Origin: Octopus sinensis
Lineage: Eukaryota
Assembly (NCBI RefSeq): GCF_006345805.1
Contig: NC_042999.1
Location: 48,980,001-49,044,000, forward strand
DNA length: 64,000 nucleotides
Direction of reading: 5' to 3'
The position numbers and the translations under genes are program-made. This document shows positions 1 through 12,782 of this stretch, piece after piece (position 1 is the stretch's first letter; each line of letters begins with the position of its first letter). The notes beneath the pieces were generated by a model that saw nothing but the letters and a program-made list of their open reading frames with translations, did no database searches and had not been told where the DNA came from.

Positions 1-429
1 TTCTAGCCAGAAGTCAATTGCCTCTATACCATACTCGTGTGGAATGTTGGTGTAGAGGTTGATGACATCAAAGGATACCAGAAAGGATACTCGAAATTAT
101 CCCCCCTCAAGGCTCCCCTCCCTCACACTAATAACAAACAAGGCATCCTACCCACACCGATACATATAAGACCCACCCAACGAACCCCCTATAGTCCACC
201 CATCCAACAACCACATTCCTACCACATCTCCTACAGATCTCCAAACCCAATCACCACAACTACATACCCCCCTACATCCCCCCATACAATCTACCAGTCA
301 CACACCCACAAACCCATCGCATTTCTCACAAATCCTTACACCATCGCATCCCATACCAACACAAATACGACAACTACCTACCCCCCGCCAACCTCCCCAC
401 CCAAAAACACTCCTACACATACAACCAGA

Positions 430-2760
430 ACTTTAACAAAGAATACACCCCTTACCTCAACAACCATTTTTTAGACAGAGGGGAAAAATACAAACACCAC
501 CGCTAACACAGACCCAAAATAAGAAAACAAAAATTATAACCTCTCCAGCAAAACACTGACACAACCCAAATCAATATCTAGCAAGAGGTTTGAAATTCAC
601 ACCCACCCCAAGAACACCCAAGGATGACGTTTCTGAATTCTGCAGAAAACTTCGCCTAACAGAAGCTTTGACAGATATCAACAATGGGGACGATTCATTG
701 ATCAGAAATAAAAGCAACGTCCTACCCCAAAGGGAGAAATAAAACACTGGACGTTTTCTGTAAACACATCCAGAGTCTCCCCTTTACCCCAAGCAAAACC
801 AAGGTAAAATCCAATTTCAGTAAGGAAGAATGGGAAAACCTACGTGACATACAACTGGATAAAAACCTCACCATCAAAGAAGCGGACAAAGGGAGTGCTG
901 TGGTCCTTATGGACACGGAATTTTATAAACACCTAGTGTTCTCCATGCTTAACAATAACATTTTCTATGAGGTTATTAACAACTACAAACAGCAAAAAAA
1001 CAATCAGAAACCTCACCACACTCATACGCCAACACGGTCAGGGACTCACAGAAAAAGAAAGGGATTATATCACCATTTTCAAATGCAAGCCCAGCCTTTT
1101 TTATGGCCTTCCTAAAATCCATAACAACAAATACATCACCGAAGCCTGCAAACTCTCCACTGACATCCACATCAACATCAAAGCACCGGAGGACCTAAAA
1201 CTAAGGCCCATCGTGGCTGGTACCTCCTGCGAAACACACCGTCTGAGTAACTTCCTAGACATCCTTTTGAAACCTTTCCTTACCCACATCAAAAGTTTCA
1301 TTAGGGATGATCTGGACATGCTCAAACACCTCCCGAAAACAGTTAACGAGGAGGCACTCCTGGTATCCTTTGATGTCATCAACCTCTACACCAACATTCC
1401 ACACGAGTATGGTATAGAGGCAATTGACTTCTGGCTAGAAAAACACCCAGAGACATTCCCTGACCGCATTAACAAGTCTTTTTTACAGAATCTCTTAAGT
1501 TCATTCTGACAAACAATTTTTTTTCTCTTCGACGACACACACTACCGTCAAAAATGTGGCATTGCGATGGGTACCAAGGCTGCACCAGTCCTTGCGAACC
1601 TCATAATGGGTTACTTCGAACTGTCACTCTATGAAATATCAAGCCAGAAATTTGGACATGTTTTCCACCTACCTAATGGAAAACTGGAAAAGGTATTTAG
1701 ATGATTGTTTCATCATATGGAAAGAACCTTATGAAAAACTCCTGGAATTCAAAACCATACTAAACAACATACATCCCAACATCCAATTCACTATGGAATT
1801 AAGCAAACACCATCTCCCATTCCTTGATCTCCTAATTATAAAAACACCTAAGAACCAAATCATAACAGACATCTACCACAAACCTACAGACTCACAACAA
1901 TACCTCCTCTTTAGTTCATGCCACCCAAAACACACCAAGACAAATATCCCTTTCAATTTAGCTAAAAGGGTATGCACCATTGTCTCGGATCCAAAAACAC
2001 GAGAAATACGCCTTCAAGACCTCAAAAAAAACACTATTACAACGTCAATATCCCTCCACCCTTATAGAGTATGGAATAAAACGCGCCAAAGAACTAGACA
2101 ACACTACACTGAAAACCACCCAACCTAACACCACACACAACCTCAAAATACTTCCATACATTTCCACCCACAACCCCAAACATATCGAAGCATACACCAC
2201 AATCATACAAAACCTCAGTCTACTGTCAACAGACCCAAAAATGAAAAACATTATAAATACACACAAAATCCTCAAATGCAAAAGGCAACACAAATCTTTA
2301 AAAAAACTCTTGACAAATGCCAAACTTCACACACCACATCCACCCCCAACAGTAAAAAAATGTGCACGCTCAAACTGTGGTACCTGCCCCTTTCTACTTG
2401 AAGGCTCTGAATTTACCTTCAAACAAGGTACGAAGTTTAAAATCAAGACTAACTTCTCCTGGTCCTCCGAGAACCTTATCTACGTTCTCACATGCGCTGG
2501 TTGCCAACATAATTATGTTGGACAAACGAGTCTCCCGTTACGTAAACGAGTAACGGTGCATAAAGAACAAATAAATCTCCGGAATACCGACAAATTCCAC
2601 TGAGTGACCACTTAGACTCATGTGCTAAAGACTTAAACCCCAAATTCTATATATTCCCCTTCTACCAATGTAAAGACGGGATCACCACACAGGAGAGAAT
2701 TAACAAGGAGAAACTCTTTATTGAAAAATTCAAACACAACTTAATATGCAAACTCCTCGT
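430..2760 (+). pseudogene. PLE reverse transcriptase + GIY-YIG endonuclease, multiple frameshifts and stops
   Basis: Motifs across ORFs 900-1115, 967-1509, 1631-2128, 1980-2603 and adjoining frames: NLSSKTLT..RGLKFTPTP, IKEADKGSAVVLMD, FYGLPKIH, LRPIVAG, SFDVINLYTNIP, GIAMGTKAAPVLANL, WKRYLDDCF, IQFTME..LPFLDL, YHKPTDSQQYLLFSSCHP, CARSNCGTC, NLIYVLTCAGCQHNYVGQT..LRKRVTVH. Confidence 0.92.
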
Positions 2761-3393
2761 TGATCAAACTTCCTTTCTCTACCTCACTCTTCATGGATGG
2801 ACTAACACAAATATATAAAGATACCATGCATTCATCACTTCAAGCTAAAACTTATATTCTTTAAATATCATTTTTACTATTGTTGTTATTACTATCATTT
2901 TTATTATAAATGATATGACAATTTGAAATGCAATTGTCTATGCAGATTTATATTATTAGAAAATAATATAAATAAAGTGTTAAAATCTGAAAGTTAAGTT
3001 AACAAGCAATTATATAAAAAAGATAATGCAAATGAAGCTAAAATGATAGTTTTATAATTTGGGTTTTATTGAAGAACTCAAAAGAGTTGTCTCCCCTTAC
3101 CCACAACACAGGAACTGAAGAACCAGGACCACAATTACTACTACTTCCTGTCCTGCAACATGCTGAATTTAACAACACAACACATCACATGCTCTTAATC
3201 CCTTGGATCTTAACACCTCAAGGTAATTTTTTGGTAAACAACCATAAAACTCAAGATACACAACGAACTCACAATGTATCGGAGAACTTATTTTTTAATT
3301 TTTGTACATTTTTATTCATTATTCTTTTACAAAAAACAATGCAATTTTCTTTTTTCCCCTTCTAATTTTTAAAATAACTTCTTAAAACATAAA

Positions 3394-3434
3394 TATTCTT
3401 GACAAGTCATACAATGACGAAAACCGGTTGAATA
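3394..3434 (+). ncRNA. Decayed minimal type I hammerhead ribozyme in the PLE 3' region
   Basis: TATTC-TTGACAA-GTCA(TACAA)TGAC-GAAAA-CCGG-TT-GAATA. Stem I TATTC/GAATA, stem II GTCA/TGAC, palindromic stem III. Core CUGANGA has two substitutions and there is one extra A. Confidence 0.7.
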
Positions 3435-3565
3435 AATATATATTTATATATTTTATCATTTTCTCATTTTATTAAAATTTTTTCATTTGAGCATTCTGCA
3501 TTTTTAAAAAAATTTTTCCTTACTTATCATTTCTCCACGTGCGGTCAACACAACCCCACATTTAT

Positions 3566-3596
<31 letters not shown>

Positions 3597-3689
3597 CTAA
3601 GCAATAAGGGTTAGCAACGAGTTGCCTTACCACATACCGAATTTAGAAATAGCAGTCAAAGGGTTATAGCTATTTCTTATACTAAAAAG

Positions 3690-3691
3690 GG

Positions 3692-3733
<42 letters not shown>

Positions 3734-3851
3734 GGTGTGTGGTGTGTGTGTGGTGGTGTGTGTGTGTATGCATTTATATGTCTATATGTGTATATATGTA
3801 ATATATATGTATATATATATAGATATATGTATATATATATGTATATATGTA

Positions 3852-3889
<38 letters not shown>

Positions 3890-3895
3890 ATATAT

Positions 3896-3944
<49 letters not shown>

Positions 3945-3960
3945 TACCCTTTTGTCTTAT
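3690..3960. repeat. Compound (TA)n/(GT)n microsatellite
   Basis: Directly visible. Confidence 0.95.
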
Positions 3961-4528
3961 ATGTATATATATATATATTTATATGACGCGTCCACTAATG
4001 CGCGTCATGTTCTAACAATGGCTATAGTCTACCCCATTCAAAGAGTTCATCCGCACGTTCAATAAAATTATAATTGAATTAAATATCAAATTGTTTCTAT
4101 CTAGAAGAATAGAATGCTGGATCAATAAAGTGTTTGTTTCTCTATTATAAAATCATATAAAGAGCAAACAACGTACCATAAAACCCGTGAACTAAATGGG
4201 TTGAGGCATTATTTTCATGTATTATTCTCATGTAATGGTAGGCAGAGAACATCAGACCTCTGTTACATTATGCTCAATAATATAACTACAGATTGCATAT
4301 TTATGTATGCTTATCTTCAATGTTTGTGTATATACATAAAAGATTAAGTGCGGCCGTATATGTAGATTAGGGCTGTGTTTATACACACAAGCACACACTC
4401 ATATACATACACATTCTTATATCTTCTATGCACATGCATGTATTCATACATGCTTGCATATATGTATTGTATGTATGTATGTATGTATGTATGTATGTAT
4501 GTTTGTATGTATGTATGTATGTATGTAT

Positions 4529-4745
4529 AAGGGCGCATGGACTATTGGTTAGGGTATTGCACTCACGATCGCGTGAACTTGGTTTCAATTCCCAGACCGA
4601 GTGGTGAGTTCTGTTCTGGAGCAAAAACACCTCATTTTACGTTGCTCTGCGATCACTTCGGCACCTGGTTTGTGGTACATCGTGCATCTATTCAGGCAAC
4701 GTCTATTTCATGGAAAGAGTGAGCTAAGGTACAGCATATAATTTT
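4529..4745 (+). mobile_element. tRNA-derived SINE (family C)
   Basis: Head GGGCGCATGGACTATTGGTTAGGG (A-box-like) ... GGTTTCAATTCCC (B-box-like), directly after a (TATG)n tract. Confidence 0.6.
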
Positions 4746-5618
4746 GAACGTTATAAAGAAATCATTTGTGTAGGGCGCTAGGCAAAAGCAGAACACGCAT
4801 TTGTTGTCTTCGACGGTTGAGTCGCCGCATACGCGGCCTCCTGAGACCACCTGCAAAACAAAAGTCTGTGTTCGATAGCTCAGAAGACCGCGTAGACGAG
4901 CTCAGCAAACCAACTCGCTGAGAGCGGAAGAAGCAGCAGTCAAACAAAAACCGTTGACTATAACCAAAATTCAGGAACAATAATTCAGAGTCCAATAACA
5001 GTTATCGAATAAATAGAAATATTCTTTAAAGAGGTTTTAGAGAGTTCTTTCATTTACCTCCGAAATGTGTAGACTTCTTTTGCTGAGCTCTTCTTTTATT
5101 CAGCAGTATAATGATTTACTTTCTATCTTTATTTAATGTCTTTTTTTTTTCGACTGGACACAAGTTACTTCCGAATACACGGCACCGTTCCGCCTTCTTT
5201 ACGTTGCCAAGTTTACCATTTTCCCAGTCAGTTCATTGTTCGCATTAACCGCCGAAACCAAGTTCACACTCTACACCAAATACTATGTAAACTGTTCCTA
5301 ACGAAATTACTCGGCACCATCGCTCACATCGACTACATGCCACCGACTGCTACATAAAACCGTTCACATCGGCTTCCAGCACATCACACATCAACGTCGC
5401 ACATCGTCTTCCAGTCTGAACTTCCAGCATGAACTCACTTCGAGCATACCGTAAAAGCGCGCCAAAATCATACCGTCTACGCTTTAAACAGTCACTTGGC
5501 CAAAGAGAATTATTTTTTTGCCTTTGCTTGCAAAACCAGAGAGCGGTCGTGCGGATGAGAAATTATCGGAATATAATTTTTTCGTTCTTAACAAAATATA
5601 TACATACATACTTGTATA

Positions 5619-6518
5619 CAGAGAGCGGTGAATAATAAACTGTCATCTAAATTACGCAAAAAAGAAAATAACACTGACATTTCATTTTAACAGATATATT
5701 TACTAAAATTATATAACAATATCTCGAAATACGAAACAGTGGATTTATTCAATAAAATCGTCATCGTCTTCAACCACGGCCTCCAGGTGACTTCGAAATC
5801 TCCTGCAACCTATCTGGGTGGTCTCCTTGTTTAAGCTGGTGAATGTTGCTATCATCCTTGCTTTCAATTCATCTCTGGTGTTACAAGGAGTTTTGTTGGT
5901 CTCTCACTCAACTGTGCCCCACACATAATATTCAAGGGTGTTGCATTCTGAAGAGTTAAGTGGCCAGATTTTTTGATGATGTAGTTGCAGAGATTTATGA
6001 TAGCCATGACTGGGTCCGCCTGCTTGTGTAACATGGTGCAGAGTCCTGTTGCTAGACATATGGTCTTCCAGAAGTCACCCTCTCGAACCAGAGAGCACTA
6101 CCTCCTCGAGGTATTTGCTGTGGGCTTCCGTGTTGAGTCTGAGGCAGAGTGGGTAAATAAATGGAGGCATAACGTCGCCATCGCTAGTGATCACTCCAAA
6201 TACCATGATGTTGACTGGATGCTTGATTTTTATCCCTCTTGGTACATATCCTTAGATTTCACTTTCCTGAGATTGACATCCATCTGAGATTATCCCCATC
6301 TGAAATTTTCGTATTGGAGATTGCAACGCGAATGCCAAGCAGTACAGGTTGTTGTTTCCAAATTTCTGGTAGACTGATTTGCGTCATGGTGCTGTTTATT
6401 TCACAGACGGTGCCCAGCTGACCCTAATATACTGTGTAGTCGACAAAATCAAAAACAAACAATGTGCATGCGCGAATTAAGAAATAATAAATGGCGACAA
6501 TTTACCTATCGCACCCTG
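5619..6518 (-). mobile_element. Tc1/mariner superfamily element, maT/DD37D-like, internally deleted and decayed
   Basis: Flanking TA dinucleotides; degenerate TIRs beginning CAG(A/G)G; minus-strand transposase remnants PYV*QQDSAPCYTS and WPLNSSECNTLEYYVWAQ. Confidence 0.75.
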
Positions 6519-6566
6519 TATATGTATGTATGTATATGTATGTATGTATGTAAGAATGTATGTATG

Positions 6567-6607
<41 letters not shown>

Positions 6608-6729
6608 CTGTGTGTCTGTGTGTTTGCGTGTATGTGTGTGTGTGTATTAAGGTCGTGGTGCACCATGGCCGCAGTCAAAAGACAGCGATAATAAGGAAAT
6701 ATTATGTTTATGTCAAGAACTTCATTAGC

Positions 6730-7200
6730 TTACAGCAGTTTCTTTCATAAGGTGCAGTAGACCCTTAGTTGAACGTCTGTAGAACATCCTATAGCTTCAT
6801 AGGAACCTCGAATATAAAATGCAATATATTTTGGAAAAAAAGAATAATGTTTTTGCAATATGCTGAGAAGGCATTACTAGTTTGAAAGACGTTAGTGCCC
6901 TCCCTGTATATTGCAGAAACGTAATGTTTGTTTTTCCCAAATAATTTGCCCTTTATATTTTACGTTTCGATGAAGCAATAGCATGCTAGCCATTTACTCA
7001 ACGAAGAGTAATGATGTTCAAGATATAACTATTGTTTCTCCTGTGTCATCACTTCTTATTTCCGCCCAATACTCATGTAACACTTTGTTCTAAAAAATTC
7101 GTATATTGAGTTTTATACCAGGTGATTAAGCTCGCAATGCAAAGTTTTATGCTTCTAAACATGTTGCTTGAACAATATACACGCTTCACGTTCCTTATTT
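6730..7200 (-). mobile_element. Possible hAT (Charlie/Buster-like) 3' remnant
   Basis: Minus-strand LHEYWAEIRS and ASMLLLHRNVKYKGQI resemble the hAT dimerisation region. Highly decayed. Confidence 0.3.
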
Positions 7201-7268
7201 CAGCAACACCATATTTATCTTACTAGTCGTGAGTATTGTGTCGTTTTGTATTGTGTTGTCGTTTTGTA

Positions 7269-7600
7269 TTGTGTTGTCCGGAAAGTTCGTGCCGATTTAG
7301 AGTAGCTTACATTTCGACTCATTTTCGAACATGGTTGAATCCATAAAATAGTATTTGACTACACCTCCATTTAGAGCACAGTTGAAGCTATCTTTTCGTG
7401 GAAGAAGGTTTATGTTCCTATAAACTGTGTTAATTCTGTAACCCTTTAAAATGGAAGATAAGAAAGTTCATTTTCGGCACTTGATGCTTTGGGAACCAGA
7501 CAAAAATTGCTGCGGCTCGGCTGGGATGTGTTACCACACTCTCCATATTCACCTGATATTGCTCCTTCGGATTTCCACTTAATCAGGTCTCTGCATATGA
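7269..7600 (+). mobile_element. Internally deleted mariner derivative, copy 1 (3'-truncated)
   Basis: TIR TTGTGTTGTCCGGAAAGTTCGTGCCGATTT after TA; MEDKKVHFRHLML fused to the TRQKLLRLGWDVLPH.PYSPDIAPSDFHL region; same sequence as 42525 and 49702. Confidence 0.85.
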
Positions 7601-7629
7601 TTTTCAGTTATTCAGGTCTCTGCATATAA

Positions 7630-8120
7630 GTCCTTCCAAATATAGAGTTTATAAGCAATGTAATATTCCCTTATGTGTGAGATCCAGCAGATTTTTAAAC
7701 TTGGTTATTCCCAGTAGGAAATGTATGTACAGTGTTGCAGAGTCAAGGATTGTATTTAAAATGGACTCATATTAAATGTTGTTGGACTATTGGATTTTGC
7801 TCAAAGGATATTGGAATATTGCATATATGCCATTATGCCTATAAAACGGATTTACAAATTCAATACCCATATATATCTTACATCTATTTCCTTTCCTCAA
7901 CCTCACTCTCTATTTTATATTACATCGAAACTAACTATGACTTAAGTTTTCCTCTCACACCGTCTCCGATGAAGGGATATTATTAACTAATATCCTAGAA
8001 ACAGCTGTAAGACCTTCTATCTATAAATGCTTTAATATCTATACAACCTTGGTTTTTTATCTTATTACGCAAAAAATTCTTATACACACACGCTGTCATA
8101 GAACCAATGTTGAACACTTT
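7630..8120 (+). mobile_element. PLE pLTR-like fragment carrying a hammerhead
   Basis: Contains the HHR at 7962-8013; AT-rich flanks. Boundaries approximate. Confidence 0.5.
7962..8013 (+). ncRNA. Minimal type I hammerhead ribozyme (U4C variant)
   Basis: GTCT-CCGATGA-AG-GGATATT(ATTAACT)AATATCC-TA-GAAAC-AGCT-GTA-AGAC. Stem I GTCT/AGAC, 7-8 bp stem II, palindromic stem III ACAGCTGT, GUA triplet. Confidence 0.8.
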
Positions 8121-8231
8121 ATTCGCAATAGTACCGAATCTGGAATTTAACGATGGTCTCTCTATAGCACTTATTCCACATACCTGACACCGTTGGGTCT
8201 CAATGACACCATTATTTCATATGACCTCAAC

Positions 8232-8290
<59 letters not shown>

Positions 8291-8612
8291 TATATACATA
8301 CATATATACGTACATACATATATACATACATACACATACATACATACATATATGTTTGCTTATAGGTATATATTTATACATCAATGGTTTGGACCATACT
8401 CATCTGGAAACGTGCATATGTATAGTTATTGTTGAACCGTATTAAGACCATGATGTATATAATACAACAGTAATTACAAACTAATACTCATCTGCTGTAA
8501 CAGGTGTGATGATTTGTAGTAAAGCCTGTTCAATCCATCTTCTCTTACTAAAATACAGTTTACACAGACAGATAGGCACATGCATAAAACCATATAGATA
8601 GTCAAATAGATA

Positions 8613-9202
8613 TATTTCTTTATTGCCCACAAGGGGCTAAACGTAGAGAGGACAAACAAAGACAGACAAAGGGATTATTACATTGACCCCAATGTGTAAC
8701 TGGTACATTATTTGTCGACCCCGAAAGGATGAAAGGCAAAATCGACCTCAGCGGAATTTGAACCCAGAACGTAATAGCTGAAGAAATTACTATTTCTTTA
8801 CTACCCATAAGGGGCTAAACACAGAGAGGACAAACAAGGACAGACACACGGATTGAGTCGATTATATCGACCCCAGTGCGTAACTGGTTCTTATTTAATC
8901 GACCCCGAAAGGATGATAGGCAAAATCAACCTCGGCGGAATTTGAACTCAGAACGTAGCTGCAGAAGAAATACCTATTTCTTTACTACCCACAAGGGGGT
9001 AAACACGGAGAGGACAAACAAGGGCAGGAAAATGGATTAAGTCGATTATATCGACTCCAGTGCGTAATTGGTATTTAATTTATCGACCCCGAAAGGATGA
9101 AAGGCAAAGTCGACCTCGGCGGAATGTGAACTCAGAACGTAACGGCAGACGAAATACGGCTACGCATTTCGCCCGGCGTTCTAATGATTCTGCCAGCTCG
9201 CC
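8613..9202 (-). mobile_element. tRNA-derived SINE family A, trimer (one head + three ~180 bp bodies)
   Basis: Units at 8613-8790, 8791-8974 and 8975-9157; head GGCGAGCTGGCAGAATC at 9158-9202; B box GAGTTCAAATTCC; central GCCTTTCATCCTTTCGGGGTCGATAAA domain resembles MetaSINE-type cores (from recall). Confidence 0.9.
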
Positions 9203-9477
9203 ACAGATAGATAGCTAGCTAGCTAGATAGATAGATAGATAGATACATACATACATACATACATACATACATACATACATACATACATACATAAATACAT
9301 ACATACAATCGTACATACATACATGCATGCAATCGTACATACATACATACATGCAATCGTACATACATACATGCATACATACATACTTACATACATACAG
9401 TCGTACATACATACATACATACATGCAATCGTACATACATACATACATACATACATACATACATACATACATACACA
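9203..9477. repeat. (GATA)n/(TACA)n tetranucleotide array with TGCAATCGTA higher-order interruptions
   Basis: Directly visible. Confidence 0.95.
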
Positions 9478-9750
9478 GATTCATATAATGCTCACGCTCA
9501 TAGAGAGTAAGAGAGGGGCAAGATAACAAAAAGGCAGTGTGTAGTTATTTTTCTAACCTTCTCTTCAAAGGTAATTAATTATACGTGAATCATTTTATGC
9601 ATAAATGAATATACTGAATATATAGATATGGCGTGCTGCTATGCTTTCATGTATACAAGTATTACACACTTACACAAATACCTGCTAAGAAACACACAGC
9701 TTATATATTTGAGTGTGTGTGTATATTGTGTATGTCTGTGTATTCGAGTT

Positions 9751-9754
<4 letters not shown>

Positions 9755-9820
<66 letters not shown>

Positions 9821-10562
9821 TATATATACATATATATATATACATATATATATATGTATATATATATGCATATATATACACATATATGTAAATATTTATA
9901 TGTATGTATATATATATATATAAATATATGTGTGTGTATATTTATATATATATATATACTTGCATATATACATACACATACATAAACACATGCACCAATA
10001 AAGATGCGTACATGTTTATGTGTGGTTGTGTCTATAGATATGTGCGTGTGAGTGTGTGCGTGCCTTTGTTCTTTCGATTCTACACACATTATTGAACCTT
10101 TTCATCACTAAATGTTTGTTATTATTCGTCACTTTACTATACTAACATTATTATATTTCAAACAGACACGCATACAAAAACACATGCGCGCTCACAGCGA
10201 ACCCACGTATATATAGAACAGATTATATATGTATGTCCATATATACATATCTACCAATAACCGTGCATACACACACAATAAAATAATCTCATAGAAAAGG
10301 CCTGCATATAGTGATATACTTTATTTTAAGCAGCAGAAAATTCAACAAAATATGTTACTCTGAGTTTCTCGTTGCCGTTCATCAGACAGTTTTTGCTAGA
10401 ATGGAACTGATATATCAATTCAATCTATACTCTTACAAACGCTACACCTTTAAAAAGAAATGGACTTGTTTGATTGGCCCTTTAGAAAAAACGGTCAATC
10501 TTCGAGCGATAAACAAAAAGGTCAAAGATATATGTATATATATATAAAAAACTATATATATA

Positions 10563-10614
<52 letters not shown>

Positions 10615-10683
10615 CGTAATAATGTGTTTGCATGTTCATGCGTATGCATGTATATATACATATGTATATATTTCTCTCTCTCG

Positions 10684-10740
<57 letters not shown>

Positions 10741-11266
10741 TGTATGTATGTATGTTATTCACCAACAGATATAAGCATTGTTCCTTTAATATTCAAAAGC
10801 ATCAAACTTTTACTATTATCGCATACTTCTGTTTAATTTCATGAAATATTCTGTTTATTTATTATATCAGACTTATTATCTTGTCTAACAAAGCTCTATA
10901 GTTACTCTTGTTTGTTTTTTAAAATTTTCTTATTGTTTATTTTAATTATGAAAGGACAATCTATATGTATATATTGTAGTATGTATATATATGTATATAT
11001 ATATATATACAAACATTTATATATATTCGTGTGTATGTGGATCTGCTAGTGTGTGTGTATGGTTATGTATATATATATATATATATATATATAACTATTC
11101 TTTCAGTTTTCGCACTCTGCCTTTCTCTCTTTCTCTCTCTCTCTCTCTCTCCTTCTCTCTCTCTAACACAAACTACATCTATATTTCTCTTTGTATATAA
11201 ATTTCATTCCTGTTCACACGCACATATATATATTCACATATGCTTGTATGTATGTACGTATGTATG

Positions 11267-11300
<34 letters not shown>

Positions 11301-11578
11301 TGTATGTATGTATGTATGTATGTATGTATGTATGTATGTATGTATGTATTTGTATATATATGTATGTATGCATTTCTGTGTGTGTGCATATATAGATCTA
11401 GCTATCCCTCTCTACGTATGTTTGTGTGTGTGAGAACGTGTTTGTGTATGTTTATAGATATAAATATGTATTTATACATTAATACATTAACACACATATG
11501 TGTATGTGTTTGTATATGTGTATATATATATATATATATAATTGTATAATATAGATATATAGATATATATATACATAT

Positions 11579-11625
<47 letters not shown>

Positions 11626-11700
11626 CATATATCACATATATATATATAATATATATACGCACACACACAGAGGAGGAGAGAGAGATGCATATATATATAT
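9755..11700. repeat. Cluster of (TA)n, (TATG)n and (CT)n microsatellites separated by unique spacers
   Basis: Directly visible; accounts for the YI-repeat ORFs in the track. Confidence 0.9.
10353..10388 (-). ncRNA. Minimal type I hammerhead ribozyme
   Basis: Minus strand: TGT-CTGATGA-A-CG(GCAA)CG-A-GAA-ACTC-A-GAGT-A-ACA. Core fully conserved, near-palindromic stem III, GUA triplet, 3-bp stem I; AATAAA about 25 nt downstream. Confidence 0.7.
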
Positions 11701-12782
11701 TTATATGGATGGACACCTAACCAGATAAATCTTTACTACAGGGAAATTAATTTTCTACTCCAATATTATATCTATCAATGCTTCGATTACTTTGAAGTTT
11801 TTGCCAACTCTCCCTTTCTCCGTCTTTTTATGATTCCCTCATTTTTTGCATCTCCTTTTTTTCTTTTTTGCTGTTGCTATTGTTTTACCGTTGTTTACTC
11901 TAGCTCTCTGGTTATCTGTTTCTATATTTATTTATATATCTATTCATTTATATGCAAATTTTTATTTTACTACATATATTTGCACCGTACAAATGATATT
12001 TCTCTTATTGACTTCTGTATTTTCGTATTTTCTATTTCGATGCTTTTACACTTGCCCCAGGCCGACAGAGCCATTGGGTAAGGCATGATTGAGACAACGA
12101 TAGGGAATGGTATTCCTTCTCCTATAAAATACTGCAAGTCCCCCTTCATTTCTTGAATTTGTACATGTCGTTCAATAAATTGGATGAAAATGAAAATGGA
12201 CGTTACACGTTAGAATCGAGGATATTTCTCCACTACTTATATGTTCAGTGTTTTGTTGCAATCCAGTTGGTTTTAAAGAGATGTTCTCTTTATGGATTCG
12301 TGCTTAATATATATTTTTTTAATTTTCTCATTCTGCTTTTTAAAAATCTTTTTGGATATGATATTACGCTCAGACACTCGATTCATTCGTCTATTCTTAT
12401 GTTTCGTCATAAATACTGTCTACATCCCCAGGCCTCATCGTCAGCACTATAAAATATACTTCTGCAGCAGTATTCAATCTTTCTCGAAGTTCTGCCTAAC
12501 AAGACATCCCTGCAGTCGATAACTTATAACTTTGTTAGCATCATATTAAGAGCAGCAATTTCGCTCGTCTTCAATCAGACAAAACGAATAAAACATCGAT
12601 GTTAACATCCAAGTGTTTTGTATTTCATCTTTGTAATATAATCCATTCTACGATTATGAGGTATAGAGATATCATTTCTGTTTCTACAAATATAGTTAAG
12701 TTGGTGGCTTATTAAGCACTTTTCTGAAAGATACTGTTCCAGAAAACCTGATAAAGTCTTATAAATACTAAGTCAGGGACTG

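Larger units (their letters stand above)
1..3570 (+). mobile_element. Penelope-like retroelement (Neptune-type), decayed; 5' end may lie outside the window; 3' non-coding pLTR-like region
   Basis: Frameshifted RT plus GIY-YIG ORF followed by about 800 bp of AT-rich 3' region containing an HHR remnant (3394-3434) that overlaps an AATAAA; ends before the (TA)n at about 3568. 3' boundary approximate. Confidence 0.85.

Noticed and set aside
8613-9157. Regular ~180-bp direct repeats as a CRISPR-like or satellite array
   Set aside because: There are no unique spacers; the units are SINE bodies also found as dispersed monomers with TSDs.
12062-12078. 17-nt micro-exon after a long pyrimidine tract
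   Set aside because: It falls in what looks like a retroelement 3' end (AATAAA and an AAAATG repeat tail at ~12173-12197) and has no supporting partner exon.
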